Sequence record: OR455461.1
DNA length: 64,000 nucleotides
DNA from: Staphylococcus phage AH12
Reading direction: 5' to 3' (one strand)
The notes beneath the pieces were generated by a model, which did no database searches, was not told the DNA's origin, and saw only the letters and a program-made list of their open reading frames with translations. Shown one piece after another: positions 39,284 to 48,731 of the stretch (position 1 is the stretch's first letter; every line of letters begins with the position of its first letter). The position numbers were made by a program, and so were the translations under genes.

Positions 39284-40829
39284 CGAATCTATATTAACTT
39301 CATATAGATCCCAGACTATATCTTAAAGTCTATGAAGACCTTTCACTTATTTAGTCGTTGAAGCTCTTTAATTATATTTTCAATCTCTTTTAAATGGTCT
39401 TGTTTATAGTTTATTCTATAAAGAGGAATATTTTTATTGATACAATATTCATCTTTCATTTTATCTTTCATTCTAATCTCTTCTAATTTTTCTTTAGGAA
39501 ATCTGCTACTAGGATTTTTCCTAAAATGCTGTTCACCATCATATTCAATTAGTACATTATAATCTACTAAATAAAAATCAAATCTTAAATTTTGATTTAT
39601 TTTTAGATCTTCAAATGTTTTCTCAAACTCAACATTTGTATTCGTATCAATTAAATATTTTTCTATTTGACGGTGAGCTAATGAATTTGCATACTGTTTT
39701 GCACAAAAAGGACATTTATTTATAGAATCTTTAAAATATTCTGCTTTCATTTTAAAATTATTTCCACATTTTTTATGATGAAAATTGTAAATATTTTTAG
39801 TTCCCTTGAATTCATTATCTAGTATTAAATATTCATTTGAATTAAATTTTTTATTACATATTTCTAGAAATTCTTTTTTTGTTAAGAATTTATTCTCTAA
39901 GCTACAATGTGGACATTTATAATCATTATTTAACATATTATTTGCTAGCATATTAAAACTTCTGTTACATTTTTTATGAAGGAAATTATGTTTAGTTTTA
40001 ATTCCTTTAAACTTGTCATCTAATAATTCGTAATCATCATAATCTTTTCTATTTTCTTTCATTTTTTCATTAAATGACTTTTTATCGTATTTTAATAATT
40101 TAATTTTATCACAATTAGGACAAATAATAACATTATTTAAAAAACTTCCTCCGGTCATTTCAAATTCAGTTCCACAATCATCATGTTTAAATTTTGTTAT
40201 TTTAGAGAATCCATTATACTTTCCTAAAATAGAATACCCACTTATATTTTTCTCTTTTTTAGCCTTTTCTAAAAACTCTTCATTACTATATTTCACAGAG
40301 AAACAACAATTTGGGCATCGATTCATATTGTATAAAAATTCAGAACCTTTCATTGTAAAATATTTTCCACATTCTTCATGGTAAAACTTATGGTGTTTTT
40401 TAGTACTTTTAAAATCATCAATTAATTTATAACCTTCAGTACTTTTTCTTTTGTTTGCTTCTTCCATAAAAGTTTTATTATTGTATTTTAAACCATTTTC
40501 ACATTTAGGACATCTCTTAGAGTAATCTAAAAAACCTCTACCTGTCATTTCAAATTCAGTTCCACAATCAACATGTAATATTTTATGATTAAATTTATAA
40601 CCTTTATACTCTTCTAATAATTCATAATTTCCAATATTCTTTTCTTTTATTTTATTCATATATTCTTCATGTGTTAATTTTACCATTTATTTCCTCACCT
40701 TTCCAGACCAATAGAAAGGATTTTAATATAATTAAATTAGCATGCTGATTACTTTTAAAGCTTCTCAGCAATTAAAGTGATTTTTCATTTATTGTTACCA
40801 ATATAAGGAAGCTAAAACATAATTTGTCT
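39284..40829 (-). ncRNA. group I intron with a homing-endonuclease ORF in the P6 loop (beta #1)
   Basis: P AATTGCTGAG and Q AATCAGCATG lie at about 40745-40785. The ORF 39343-40686 follows Q. The ORF's stop codon lies inside the R element (CAACGACTAAATAAGTGA). S GATATAGTCTGG and a P9 hairpin follow at about 39290-39330. Confidence 0.55.
39343..40686 (-). CDS. intron-encoded homing endonuclease-like protein: 5 tandem Zn-ribbon modules + C-terminal PD-(D/E)xK (DUF559/Vsr-like) nuclease domain
   Basis: Five repeats of the pattern ...F.H..CG..F.M....FL....CP.C. C-terminal ...RFDFYLVDYNVLIEYDGEQHFR. Own ribosome-binding site AGGTGAGG. Embedded in the intron. Confidence 0.55.
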   Translation of the reverse strand: MVKLTHEEYMNKIKEKNIGNYELLEEYKGYKFNHKILHVDCGTEFEMTGRGFLDYSKRCPKCENGLKYNNKTFMEEANKRKSTEGYKLIDDFKSTKKHHKFYHEECGKYFTMKGSEFLYNMNRCPNCCFSVKYSNEEFLEKAKKEKNISGYSILGKYNGFSKITKFKHDDCGTEFEMTGGSFLNNVIICPNCDKIKLLKYDKKSFNEKMKENRKDYDDYELLDDKFKGIKTKHNFLHKKCNRSFNMLANNMLNNDYKCPHCSLENKFLTKKEFLEICNKKFNSNEYLILDNEFKGTKNIYNFHHKKCGNNFKMKAEYFKDSINKCPFCAKQYANSLAHRQIEKYLIDTNTNVEFEKTFEDLKINQNLRFDFYLVDYNVLIEYDGEQHFRKNPSSRFPKEKLEEIRMKDKMKDEYCINKNIPLYRINYKQDHLKEIENIIKELQRLNK

Positions 40830-41402
40830 TTACTTCAGGTGATACAAATCTCCAACCATAAATGTTCTATTACTAACATCTAGTCGGTTTTTCTTAATAT
40901 TGTATTTATTGAATAAGTATCTGATTTGTTCAGATTCAATATTATCAAAGAAAGGTGCTTGATGAAGTACAATACCATTTTTAATAAAGTCTTCAATAGC
41001 TTCTTTAGTTTCTTCACTATCTAAACTATCAAATAATCTTACATAATTATCATAAGATACTTTATCTGCATCTTTGATATATTCTAATAAATATTCTTTC
41101 TGCTTATTAACATCATCTAACTTACTAATACGATGTCTAATAACGCTTGAAATATGATTTAATTCTAATTCCACTAATGCTGAAGGATTTCCTCTATTAA
41201 TAATACCCATATTATTATGAATTAAGTCTACTCTTTTCTTAATAGGAGTTTTATTATCTTTGGTGAAATCTTCTCCATCAAATTCAGTAATCATTGGCAT
41301 TTCATTATCTGGAACAATCTTAGCTACTACACCTTTTCCACCGTATCTTGTGCTTATTTTTGCATTTATGTTAATGAACTTCATAGACTTTACTAAGAAG
41401 AT
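40830..41402 (-). CDS. RNA polymerase beta C-terminal gene #1, exon C (GRHGNKG region)
   Basis: AKISTRYGGKGVVAKIVPDNEMPMITEFDG aligns to [29 protein letters not shown]. The end ...MVGDLYHLK aligns to VGYMYMLKL. The frame is open 18 nt upstream of the ATG (IFLVKS). Confidence 0.6.
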   Translation of the reverse strand: MFLVKSMKFININAKISTRYGGKGVVAKIVPDNEMPMITEFDGEDFTKDNKTPIKKRVDLIHNNMGIINRGNPSALVELELNHISSVIRHRISKLDDVNKQKEYLLEYIKDADKVSYDNYVRLFDSLDSEETKEAIEDFIKNGIVLHQAPFFDNIESEQIRYLFNKYNIKKNRLDVSNRTFMVGDLYHLK

Positions 41403-41537
41403 CAGACTATATCATTACCTTCATATAAGGTAGAATATATTTAGTCGTTGAACACTATTTATAGTGATGCTGATTAATTTTATAATTCTCAGCAATTAAT
41501 ATTCTTTACATATAAATTTTCATTCATAAGGGACCTA
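41403..41537 (-). ncRNA. ultra-compact group I intron (~135-145 nt; core 41404-41505)
   Basis: P/Q/R/S core, P3 pairing GAATA/TATTC, P6 pairing CACTA..TAGTG. The element ends with the S element + G directly before exon C. The 5' boundary is uncertain by a few codons. Confidence 0.55.
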
Positions 41538-42115
41538 TTAATTTGATCCATGCACTAAAGGTTTCTTCTCTAATACTTTAACTCTAAATACGATTTTATC
41601 AAATTGATTTCCATCATATACAAGTTTAGCATTAGGATCAATGTAGCTCTTAAATCTATTATAAGTTCTAATTAAATCATTACTAAATTTCTTCTTACGT
41701 ACAATATCATCAGTAACAGTTACAAATGTACGGTAGAAGTGTTCTAAATCTTTGATATATTTTAGGAATTGTTCAGAGTACTTTTCATTCTCTAATTTTT
41801 CAATTGATTCATTGTTAAGTACATCAATATCAATAACTTTACCATGCAATTTATAAGCGTTATCACTTTCAACAATTTTAGATAACATATCATTTTTAAA
41901 TTTATGGATTAACTCATCATAATTTAATCGTCTTGTTGCAGTTAATACACCGTCTTTAATTTCTTCACCAACGTCTGGAAATGCTTTATAATATTCTTCA
42001 TCTCCATAAATATTTAAAGGAATATCATTTGTATTTATAGTTACATTAACTACATGAACGAAATAACTTGACATTTTCTCAGCTAATGATTCTGATACAA
42101 CAATACCATCTTCCT
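41538..42115 (-). CDS. RNA polymerase beta C-terminal gene #1, exon B
   Basis: EDGIVVSESLAEK... and ...GEEIKDGVLTAT align to DSGVTAVAKRGGVV ... GEPVERGDVLADG. The end KIVFRVKVLEKKPLVHG aligns to KIVKVYLAVKRRIQPG. It begins right after the element's terminal ...CCTATAG. Confidence 0.6.
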
Positions 42116-42262
42116 ATAGGTTATAATTAATAAAATTATACCATAGACTATATCATTACCGTTTAAGGTAGAATATATTTAGTCGTTGAACACTGTTTTT
42201 AGTGATGCTGATTAATTTAATAACATCTCAGCAATTAATATTCTTTACATACATAAATTTCT
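42116..42262 (-). ncRNA. ultra-compact group I intron (~147 nt; core 42146-42242)
   Basis: P, P5, Q, P6, R, P3', P8 (TACCGTTTAAGGTA), S and P9 (GGTATAATT..AATTATAACC), then TATAG followed by the exon. Only about 22 nt is available for P1/P2. Confidence 0.55.
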
Positions 42263-42814
42263 TTATGCAGGAACAAAGTTAATTTTATTCGTGAATCCTT
42301 TATCTGGTAAAAATACTGAAGTAGCATTTGTACCATATTGGAAATTATTTGATTCTTCATCATAGTTTTGATCTTTATAAAGTACTTCATTTTTATTAAC
42401 ATTACTACCAATTTCTAAAGAATCAATTTTTTCATTTTGATATTTATTACCAAATTTCTCAGCTAAATGATTAGCTTCTTCTCTAATAATGATATCATAC
42501 TCATCATTATCTTTATACTTCACTAAATAGTATTTTACATATTTATTCTTTTCAAATATAAAAATAACTTCAAAATCTCTTTCAGCTTTCTTATAACCAG
42601 TTGAATATTTACCTACTTGATTCTCAAAACCAGTTTGAATTAATGGTGGTTCAGCTTCAGTTAATTGAATACATTGACCTATATGTGAAGTGAACATTTG
42701 TGATCTGTTACCATTAGTTCTATTAACATTAGGCATTAATAGTAATTCTGATAAAAATTCATGACTTTTCTTATCTTCAATCTCTTGCATTCTTTGTGTT
42801 CTTTCCTTTGTCAT
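42263..42814 (-). CDS. RNA polymerase beta C-terminal gene #1, exon A (region F)
   Basis: NGNRSQMFTSHIGQCIQLTEAEPPLIQTGFENQ aligns to ANRALMGSNMQRQAVPLL..EAPLVGTGME. Confidence 0.6.
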   Translation of the reverse strand: MTKERTQRMQEIEDKKSHEFLSELLLMPNVNRTNGNRSQMFTSHIGQCIQLTEAEPPLIQTGFENQVGKYSTGYKKAERDFEVIFIFEKNKYVKYYLVKYKDNDEYDIIIREEANHLAEKFGNKYQNEKIDSLEIGSNVNKNEVLYKDQNYDEESNNFQYGTNATSVFLPDKGFTNKINFVPA

Positions 42815-42851
42815 CCTATAAACACTCTCCCTGTAATATAAAAGATAATAT

Positions 42852-42898
42852 GGAATAATATTCTCTTATTATTCCACATTTTTATAATATATATTTAA
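42852..42898 (-). promoter_or_regulatory. conserved hairpin + TATATATTATAA intergenic element
   Basis: GGAATAATATTCTCTTATTATTCC hairpin followed by CATTTTTATAATATATATTTAAT. Confidence 0.45.
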
Positions 42899-42970
42899 TA
42901 ATAATTTTGTGCAATGGAATGGATCCAATGACAACTATTCATGTCATTGGATATTCCATTTTAAATATAA

Positions 42971-44290
42971 TTAACCTTTTTCTACTTCAACCTCATTTTT
43001 ATCTGAATCATAGTATTTTCCATCTGAACCTAACCAAATATCTTCTTCACTATTAATACATTCTACCAAATCTAACTCTTCTTCATCTAAACTTGATTCA
43101 TGTTCAATTGAAGCTAAGAATTTATCTTTATAGATATTTCTAATGTATTTATCAAAGTACTCTTGGAAATCTTTGTTTCCTTCGTATTTCTCTTGGAAAG
43201 TTTTAAGTGTAAAACTTACATCATCATAACCATCAATACGATAAGCACGAGGATTACCTTTTAATAATTTTTGTTCTTGTAAATATAATAAGTTTGATAG
43301 AGTATTATTAAATCCATCTTTTTGTTCAAAGATTAAATTAAATTTAGCTCCAGCTGCATTTGAACGTGATTTAATAACTTCAACTGTATTGATAAAACCT
43401 TTAATTCCATATTTAGCTTGATTAGAACTTCCTTCTGGATCTAAAGCTTGTGATGGACTAATCTTAAACATGTTATTTGCCATATAGTTGATTGCTTTAC
43501 CACCTGGTAGTGCTTCACCTTGTTTGAGATAATTTAATTCTTTCGGTGTAGCTGCATAAGGATTAATATCAATTTTAGTTGTAATATGGTTAATTAAAAT
43601 AAGCATAATATTAGCCGAGTTTAATGTAGATGAACCAATAATACGTTTAATAAAGTTAGTATTATCTTTGGCTTGTTTGGTAGCATTCATTTGACCACCT
43701 TCACCATCTTTATCATCAATTTCTTTAGATGCCATTGTAGCAACAGAGTCAATAATAACTACTGTAGGTGCCATATAAGATACTTTTTCACCAGTCTCTG
43801 GATCAATTTTATCTGTATGAATAGTAAATTCTTCTTCACTTTCTAATTTAGTATCACGAATGCCACGAATTAATTGATCTACTGAATCTAAACTAATCTT
43901 TTTATTTAATTTAGTGTATTTATCTTGTTTCATTTGTTTAGACCAACCAGTTAATTGATAAATACGTTCATCAGTAGTTGCATCCTCAAAGTCATAATGA
44001 ATGATACTAGCATTTTCAAATGGTTCAACAATTTTAGCTGCAGCTTGAATTGCTAATGTTGTTTTACCTGAACCCGATCCACCAATAAATGTTGTAACTT
44101 TACCACCCATTAAACCAATACGTTCATCATCAGTTACAGTATTTAAAAAACCATTTCTATAATCTAATAAGTTGATTCCTGATTCATACATTGGTGTATA
44201 ATTATCTTCTTTACCATATACGTTAGGGTTTGATTTGATTAAATCATGAATTTTACTTGTTAATTTTGCCATTGAAATTTCACTCTCCAA
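42971..44290 (-). CDS. RecA/RadA-family ATPase (recombinase- or helicase-loader-like)
   Basis: Walker A motif TFIGGSGSGKTTLAIQAAAK. 439 aa with an acidic C-terminal tail. Confidence 0.5.
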   Translation of the reverse strand: MESEISMAKLTSKIHDLIKSNPNVYGKEDNYTPMYESGINLLDYRNGFLNTVTDDERIGLMGGKVTTFIGGSGSGKTTLAIQAAAKIVEPFENASIIHYDFEDATTDERIYQLTGWSKQMKQDKYTKLNKKISLDSVDQLIRGIRDTKLESEEEFTIHTDKIDPETGEKVSYMAPTVVIIDSVATMASKEIDDKDGEGGQMNATKQAKDNTNFIKRIIGSSTLNSANIMLILINHITTKIDINPYAATPKELNYLKQGEALPGGKAINYMANNMFKISPSQALDPEGSSNQAKYGIKGFINTVEVIKSRSNAAGAKFNLIFEQKDGFNNTLSNLLYLQEQKLLKGNPRAYRIDGYDDVSFTLKTFQEKYEGNKDFQEYFDKYIRNIYKDKFLASIEHESSLDEEELDLVECINSEEDIWLGSDGKYYDSDKNEVEVEKG

Positions 44291-44401
44291 AAATATATTT
44301 TAATACTATAACGTTATTTATTATACCAAATTTTTTATAAAAAAGCTAGAAATTTTTCTTAAGAATTAAAAGTTTTTTCTAGCTAAATGATATTAATATT
44401 A

Positions 44402-44587
44402 CTAATTAGTTAATATGAAAATCACTAAGAAAAATAATAACTGTATAAAAGCTAAACTTAATAAAACATATAAAGCTTTGATTCTTTTTCTTTCTTTACT
44501 AACTGTTTCTATTCCATAAAATGTTTTCAAAATATATAACATTATGAAAAGCATTACAACATTTAAGATTATCGTGAATAAACTCAT
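44402..44587 (-). CDS. small membrane protein
   Basis: 61 aa, hydrophobic. Confidence 0.35.
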   Translation of the reverse strand: MSLFTIILNVVMLFIMLYILKTFYGIETVSKERKRIKALYVLLSLAFIQLLFFLVIFILTN

Positions 44588-44615
44588 TAAAAGGTTTCTC
44601 CTTTCTAAAAAAAAA

Positions 44616-44668
44616 AATATATTAACTCAACCTAACCCATTTATATAAATGAGTTAGGTTGAGTTTTT
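44616..44668. terminator. hairpin terminator flanked by A-run and T-run
   Basis: AACTCAACCTAAC / GTTAGGTTGAGTT inverted repeat, then TTTTT. Confidence 0.5.
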
Positions 44669-45161
44669 AATTTAATTTTGTAAATTTAAGATCTATATCG
44701 TAATTATTATTAAGTTCATTGACTTTCTTAACTATTTTATGAGCACAATAATCGTAATTAGTTTTATCCAACAATATATTGAGTTCTTCAATGAAATATT
44801 TATTTAAACGATACATATCTGGGTTTTCTTCTTTTAATTCTATTAATTTATTATTTGTAATTTCTATTTCTTCATTTATTCTTTTTCGAATGAATTCTAA
44901 ATCATTAATATACACTTTACGTTTTTCTAAATCAAATACTATAGCTGGTTTATTTAAAAAAGTTAAAGTCATTTTTCCATCTTCATCAATGACATTGTAA
45001 TTATAAGAAAAGTATTTCATATCAATTGTTAAGTGATCTAGAATAAAAGGCATGAATAATTCATAATTTAAAAATTGACCCATATCTTTCTGTATTTTAT
45101 TTATAATTTTATATTTGGATTCAATTTCTTTTATATTCTTTAATATTTCTTTATTATCCAT
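44667..45161 (-). CDS. hypothetical protein
   Basis: 164 aa. Confidence 0.5.
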   Translation of the reverse strand: MDNKEILKNIKEIESKYKIINKIQKDMGQFLNYELFMPFILDHLTIDMKYFSYNYNVIDEDGKMTLTFLNKPAIVFDLEKRKVYINDLEFIRKRINEEIEITNNKLIELKEENPDMYRLNKYFIEELNILLDKTNYDYCAHKIVKKVNELNNNYDIDLKFTKLN

Positions 45162-45274
45162 TATAATATCATCCTTTATTTTTTATATGAAGCTAAGTTT
45201 ACTAATCCTAATACTAGAATTGAAAATAACGTATACGGTAGTATGAATAACATAAATAAATCACCATCCTTTTA

Positions 45275-45526
45275 TTATATTTTGTCCATGATAAACGTAA
45301 AATTAAAATAAATTAACAATATTGTTAAAGTACCGAAAAAAGGAAACCCTAAAATAGCTATAATGATTTGAAGGAGTCTTTCCTTTTTAGTAAAATAACC
45401 ACTATTATTAATATCAGTTAATTCTCTAAGCATTTCTATTGGTACTGCAAATGCTAAAAAACCTAAAACTCCTATTATAGTTAGTAAAAATAAAAATACA
45501 AATAAGAAAAATATAAAAGTCATCAT
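45275..45526 (-). CDS. small membrane protein
   Basis: 83 aa, two hydrophobic helices. Confidence 0.4.
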   Translation of the reverse strand: MMTFIFFLFVFLFLLTIIGVLGFLAFAVPIEMLRELTDINNSGYFTKKERLLQIIIAILGFPFFGTLTILLIYFNFTFIMDKI

Positions 45527-45536
45527 AACACTCTCC

Positions 45537-45809
45537 TTATACTACATCAGCATACATAATATATTCATTATCAATATATCCATAATATGCCATAATAGCT
45601 TTAATTTTATTTTCTACTTCAAAAGTATCTGCATCAGAATAATACGATGGTCTCATATTACATTCAGGATCATCAAATAATAAATACTCAACTTCAATTG
45701 ATTTACCTTCTTTTTTAATTACTGCAGATATATTTTCTTCTTTGAATTTATTCTGAATTAATTCAAATCTTTTATTTGTTTTACTTTTAAATATATTAAA
45801 TAAATCCAT
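45537..45809 (-). CDS. hypothetical protein
   Basis: 90 aa. Confidence 0.45.
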   Translation of the reverse strand: MDLFNIFKSKTNKRFELIQNKFKEENISAVIKKEGKSIEVEYLLFDDPECNMRPSYYSDADTFEVENKIKAIMAYYGYIDNEYIMYADVV

Positions 45810-45840
45810 ATCTTATTCATCTCCCTATTTAAATAATTAT

Positions 45841-46032
45841 TTATATTGTTAATAGTACAGCTAATACAGTATATATAGTAAATGACACTATCAATAGTAT
45901 TACTAAAATAAATGTAATGATTCCATTTAAATCTTCAAGACTATCTGTAACAACTCCTATTACAAATGATATAGTTGTTAAGCACAGTAATACAATTGTA
46001 GTTATTAATGTTATAATTGCAAATGTTTCCAT
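45841..46032 (-). CDS. small membrane protein
   Basis: 63 aa, hydrophobic. Confidence 0.35.
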   Translation of the reverse strand: METFAIITLITTIVLLCLTTISFVIGVVTDSLEDLNGIITFILVILLIVSFTIYTVLAVLLTI

Positions 46033-46050
46033 TTAATTACCTCGTATCCA

Positions 46051-46584
46051 TTATTTATTTTTATATAAATTTCCATTCATATAATCATTAAATTCTTTTA
46101 TCTGTTCTACATTAAGAATACCATTTATGATGTCATTATATTCTTTACTTATTTTCTTAGTCTTCTTCATATTTAATTTTTCATTGTTTTCAATGAAATT
46201 AAACCAATGGTCATAAAACATAGGTCTTTTTACTGATCTAGAGAATAAATATTCCCTTTTATCTTTATTCGATAATAATTCTTCTGAAGTTACACCCAAT
46301 TCACCTTTTACAAAGAATTTTTTATCTGGATTTTTTAATAAATAATGACCTGCATATAATCTTTCGGCACCATCTTTTTCTGAAATCAATAAAAAAGACA
46401 TATTTAAAAATTCCATGATTCCTTTTTCATTAGATCCAAAAATACTTTGACTATTATGAAATTCATTTTCGTCAAAATGTCTATTATTATTTTTATTAAT
46501 GTTTTTTATTTGATTTGCTTGTGAGAGAACAATTACAATGAGTATAAGTATAATGAATGCCAATGCAATTACCATTAATGTCAT
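46051..46584 (-). CDS. N-terminally anchored protein related to 48732-50060 and 54502-55659
   Basis: ERLYAGHYLLKNPD resembles ERYYSLHYLLSHPE. C-terminal HWFNFIENNEKLNMKKTKKIS resembles HWSNLIETNYKLSNKEKKKFI. Confidence 0.5.
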   Translation of the reverse strand: MTLMVIALAFIILILIVIVLSQANQIKNINKNNNRHFDENEFHNSQSIFGSNEKGIMEFLNMSFLLISEKDGAERLYAGHYLLKNPDKKFFVKGELGVTSEELLSNKDKREYLFSRSVKRPMFYDHWFNFIENNEKLNMKKTKKISKEYNDIINGILNVEQIKEFNDYMNGNLYKNK

Positions 46585-46586
46585 AA

Positions 46587-46901
46587 TTATTTTCTCCGAT
46601 CTTTAATTAATTTTAAATTCTTATTTCTACTTTCATGTTTAATATTTCCATTCCAATCAACTATATCAATTTCATAACCATAATCTTTAAATTTTTTATC
46701 ATTTCTAAATTTATTAATTACTGACTCTAAATAACTTTTAGAGTCAGCTTTAATATAGATTAATTTATATTCTTTACTTGCCATGTAATATCTAGGTAAA
46801 TTTTCAGTATAATTATCATTTGATACATTTTTAGTTTTATAATTTATGAATATCATCAAAGCTAAAATGTTTAACATTATCATTACTATTATCATACCCA
46901 T
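46587..46901 (-). CDS. small N-terminally anchored protein
   Basis: 104 aa. Confidence 0.45.
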   Translation of the reverse strand: MGMIIVMIMLNILALMIFINYKTKNVSNDNYTENLPRYYMASKEYKLIYIKADSKSYLESVINKFRNDKKFKDYGYEIDIVDWNGNIKHESRNKNLKLIKDRRK

Positions 46902-46903
46902 GA

Positions 46904-47548
46904 TTATTTCACCGTCTTCTCATATTTATTATACAAATGGTAATTTATTATAGTATCCATTCCTTTAATAGAATAAAGCAATATACACATTATTGTCTCA
47001 TATTTATTTAAATTCTTAGTATCTATACTTATATAAGAATCTCTATATTCCACATTCAGAACATTCATACCATGAGTTATACTTTTGATTCTTTTCGTAA
47101 AATCCTCATCAATAATTTTATCATCTACAGATTTAACTATTTTAAATCCATTATCAGTTTCTTGCAAGTATGCAATTAATTTAAATGTATTACTTTTAGT
47201 AATTAAGAACATATCATCTTCTTCAATTTTATCTTTAATGTAATTACCAAATTCTTCAAATTTAGTTTTATGATAGATACTATTCTCCATTAGGTATTCT
47301 ACCCACTCATAATAAGTGGGATAGTTACTGTCAATATCAAATTTATAATTTTGATCTATAGCAAATTTATAATGTTGACTTATATTTTTTCCTTGATTTC
47401 CTCTACGAACTTGAGTTATATATGTTGATATTGTTTCTTCATTAAACTCTTCTTTAAATAATAAAAGAATTAATTTGTTATTATAACCTTTGTCAATCAT
47501 TTTAGATATAAAATGTAATTGTGAGTCATTAAATTTTTTAATATGCAT
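46904..47548 (-). CDS. hypothetical protein with an N-terminal QLHFI..IDKG module
   Basis: 214 aa. The N-terminal module is shared with 20967-21611. Confidence 0.5.
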   Translation of the reverse strand: MHIKKFNDSQLHFISKMIDKGYNNKLILLLFKEEFNEETISTYITQVRRGNQGKNISQHYKFAIDQNYKFDIDSNYPTYYEWVEYLMENSIYHKTKFEEFGNYIKDKIEEDDMFLITKSNTFKLIAYLQETDNGFKIVKSVDDKIIDEDFTKRIKSITHGMNVLNVEYRDSYISIDTKNLNKYETIMCILLYSIKGMDTIINYHLYNKYEKTVK

Positions 47549-47574
47549 ATTAAAATATCTCCTTTAATTTTTAT

Positions 47575-48669
47575 TTATTCTTCTAAGTCTGCAACCCTTT
47601 CTTCTAACTGTTCGTATTCAATATCAGATACATCTTCTTCAACATGATCCATTTTCTCACCATCAGTAAGAGCATTATATTCATCAACCAATTCATTATA
47701 TGTTTCTGCTGACCAACCGCTAGTATCATATCCTTCATCACTTTCAATATCAGATGTATCTTCTTCTAAGGATTCCTCATCTTCTACAGATTCTGCATCT
47801 TCTTCCATATCTTCATAACTATCTACTCCAGCATCAGTATTAGCACTTACAACAGCATTTCGGATATCCATCATATTACCATTTTCTGTAGATGATACCA
47901 TTTTATCAGCTTCTTTATAATGAAGAAATTCTGGTGCAAATTTATTAAACATGTTCACAGATTCATTATATTCATTTTTAGAAGTGTCTGGTTCCTCTTG
48001 AATCATTATTTCTTTTTTAAGTTCATCTCGATATTTAGTATCTGATAATATTTTTTGTTGCTCTTGTGTTAAATCTGTTTCTTCATTTGCAACAATACCA
48101 GTACCATAATCTTCAATTAACTCATCAAGTTCATAAGCTGGGAAAGTTGATAAAATATCAGTGATTTCTTCATTAGCTTTTTTACCGATAGTTTCATTTT
48201 TATATGATACATCGATTGAATCATAATCTTCATTTAAGCTTTCTAAAGCTTGTGCGGTATTAATTCCTACATCAACAAGAGATAAATTATATTCAAATTC
48301 TTTATCTGGATTATCTTCATTAAATTTCTCCAATTCATATATACGACCATTCATAATTTCAACAGACTTTCCAACTTTTAATGCTAAATCACCGACTTGA
48401 GTATCTACACTATCTAAATTTTTAGTTTTATCTTCATATCTATCTAAAGATTTTTTAAAGTCATCTGTGACTTTATTTGTATCTTCATCAAAAGCACCTT
48501 CATCACTTATTGCTTTACCTAATAGTTTAGCTTCTTTAGTATATATTTCTTCTTGCTTTTCTGGTTTTAGGTTTGATTCTTTATTTTCTGATGTAGATCC
48601 TTCATTTCCACAAGCTCCCAATAGTAATACAGTACTTAGTAATGATGCAGTTATTAATGATTTTTTCAT
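47575..48669 (-). CDS. acidic lipoprotein (lipobox LGAC)
   Basis: MKKSLITASLLSTVLLLGAC with an acidic C-terminal half. Confidence 0.55.
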   Translation of the reverse strand: MKKSLITASLLSTVLLLGACGNEGSTSENKESNLKPEKQEEIYTKEAKLLGKAISDEGAFDEDTNKVTDDFKKSLDRYEDKTKNLDSVDTQVGDLALKVGKSVEIMNGRIYELEKFNEDNPDKEFEYNLSLVDVGINTAQALESLNEDYDSIDVSYKNETIGKKANEEITDILSTFPAYELDELIEDYGTGIVANEETDLTQEQQKILSDTKYRDELKKEIMIQEEPDTSKNEYNESVNMFNKFAPEFLHYKEADKMVSSTENGNMMDIRNAVVSANTDAGVDSYEDMEEDAESVEDEESLEEDTSDIESDEGYDTSGWSAETYNELVDEYNALTDGEKMDHVEEDVSDIEYEQLEERVADLEE

Positions 48670-48731
48670 TTTAAACTCTCCTTATAATATATTAGAGGTA
48701 ATGACAAATAATATGTCATTACCCTCCATTT

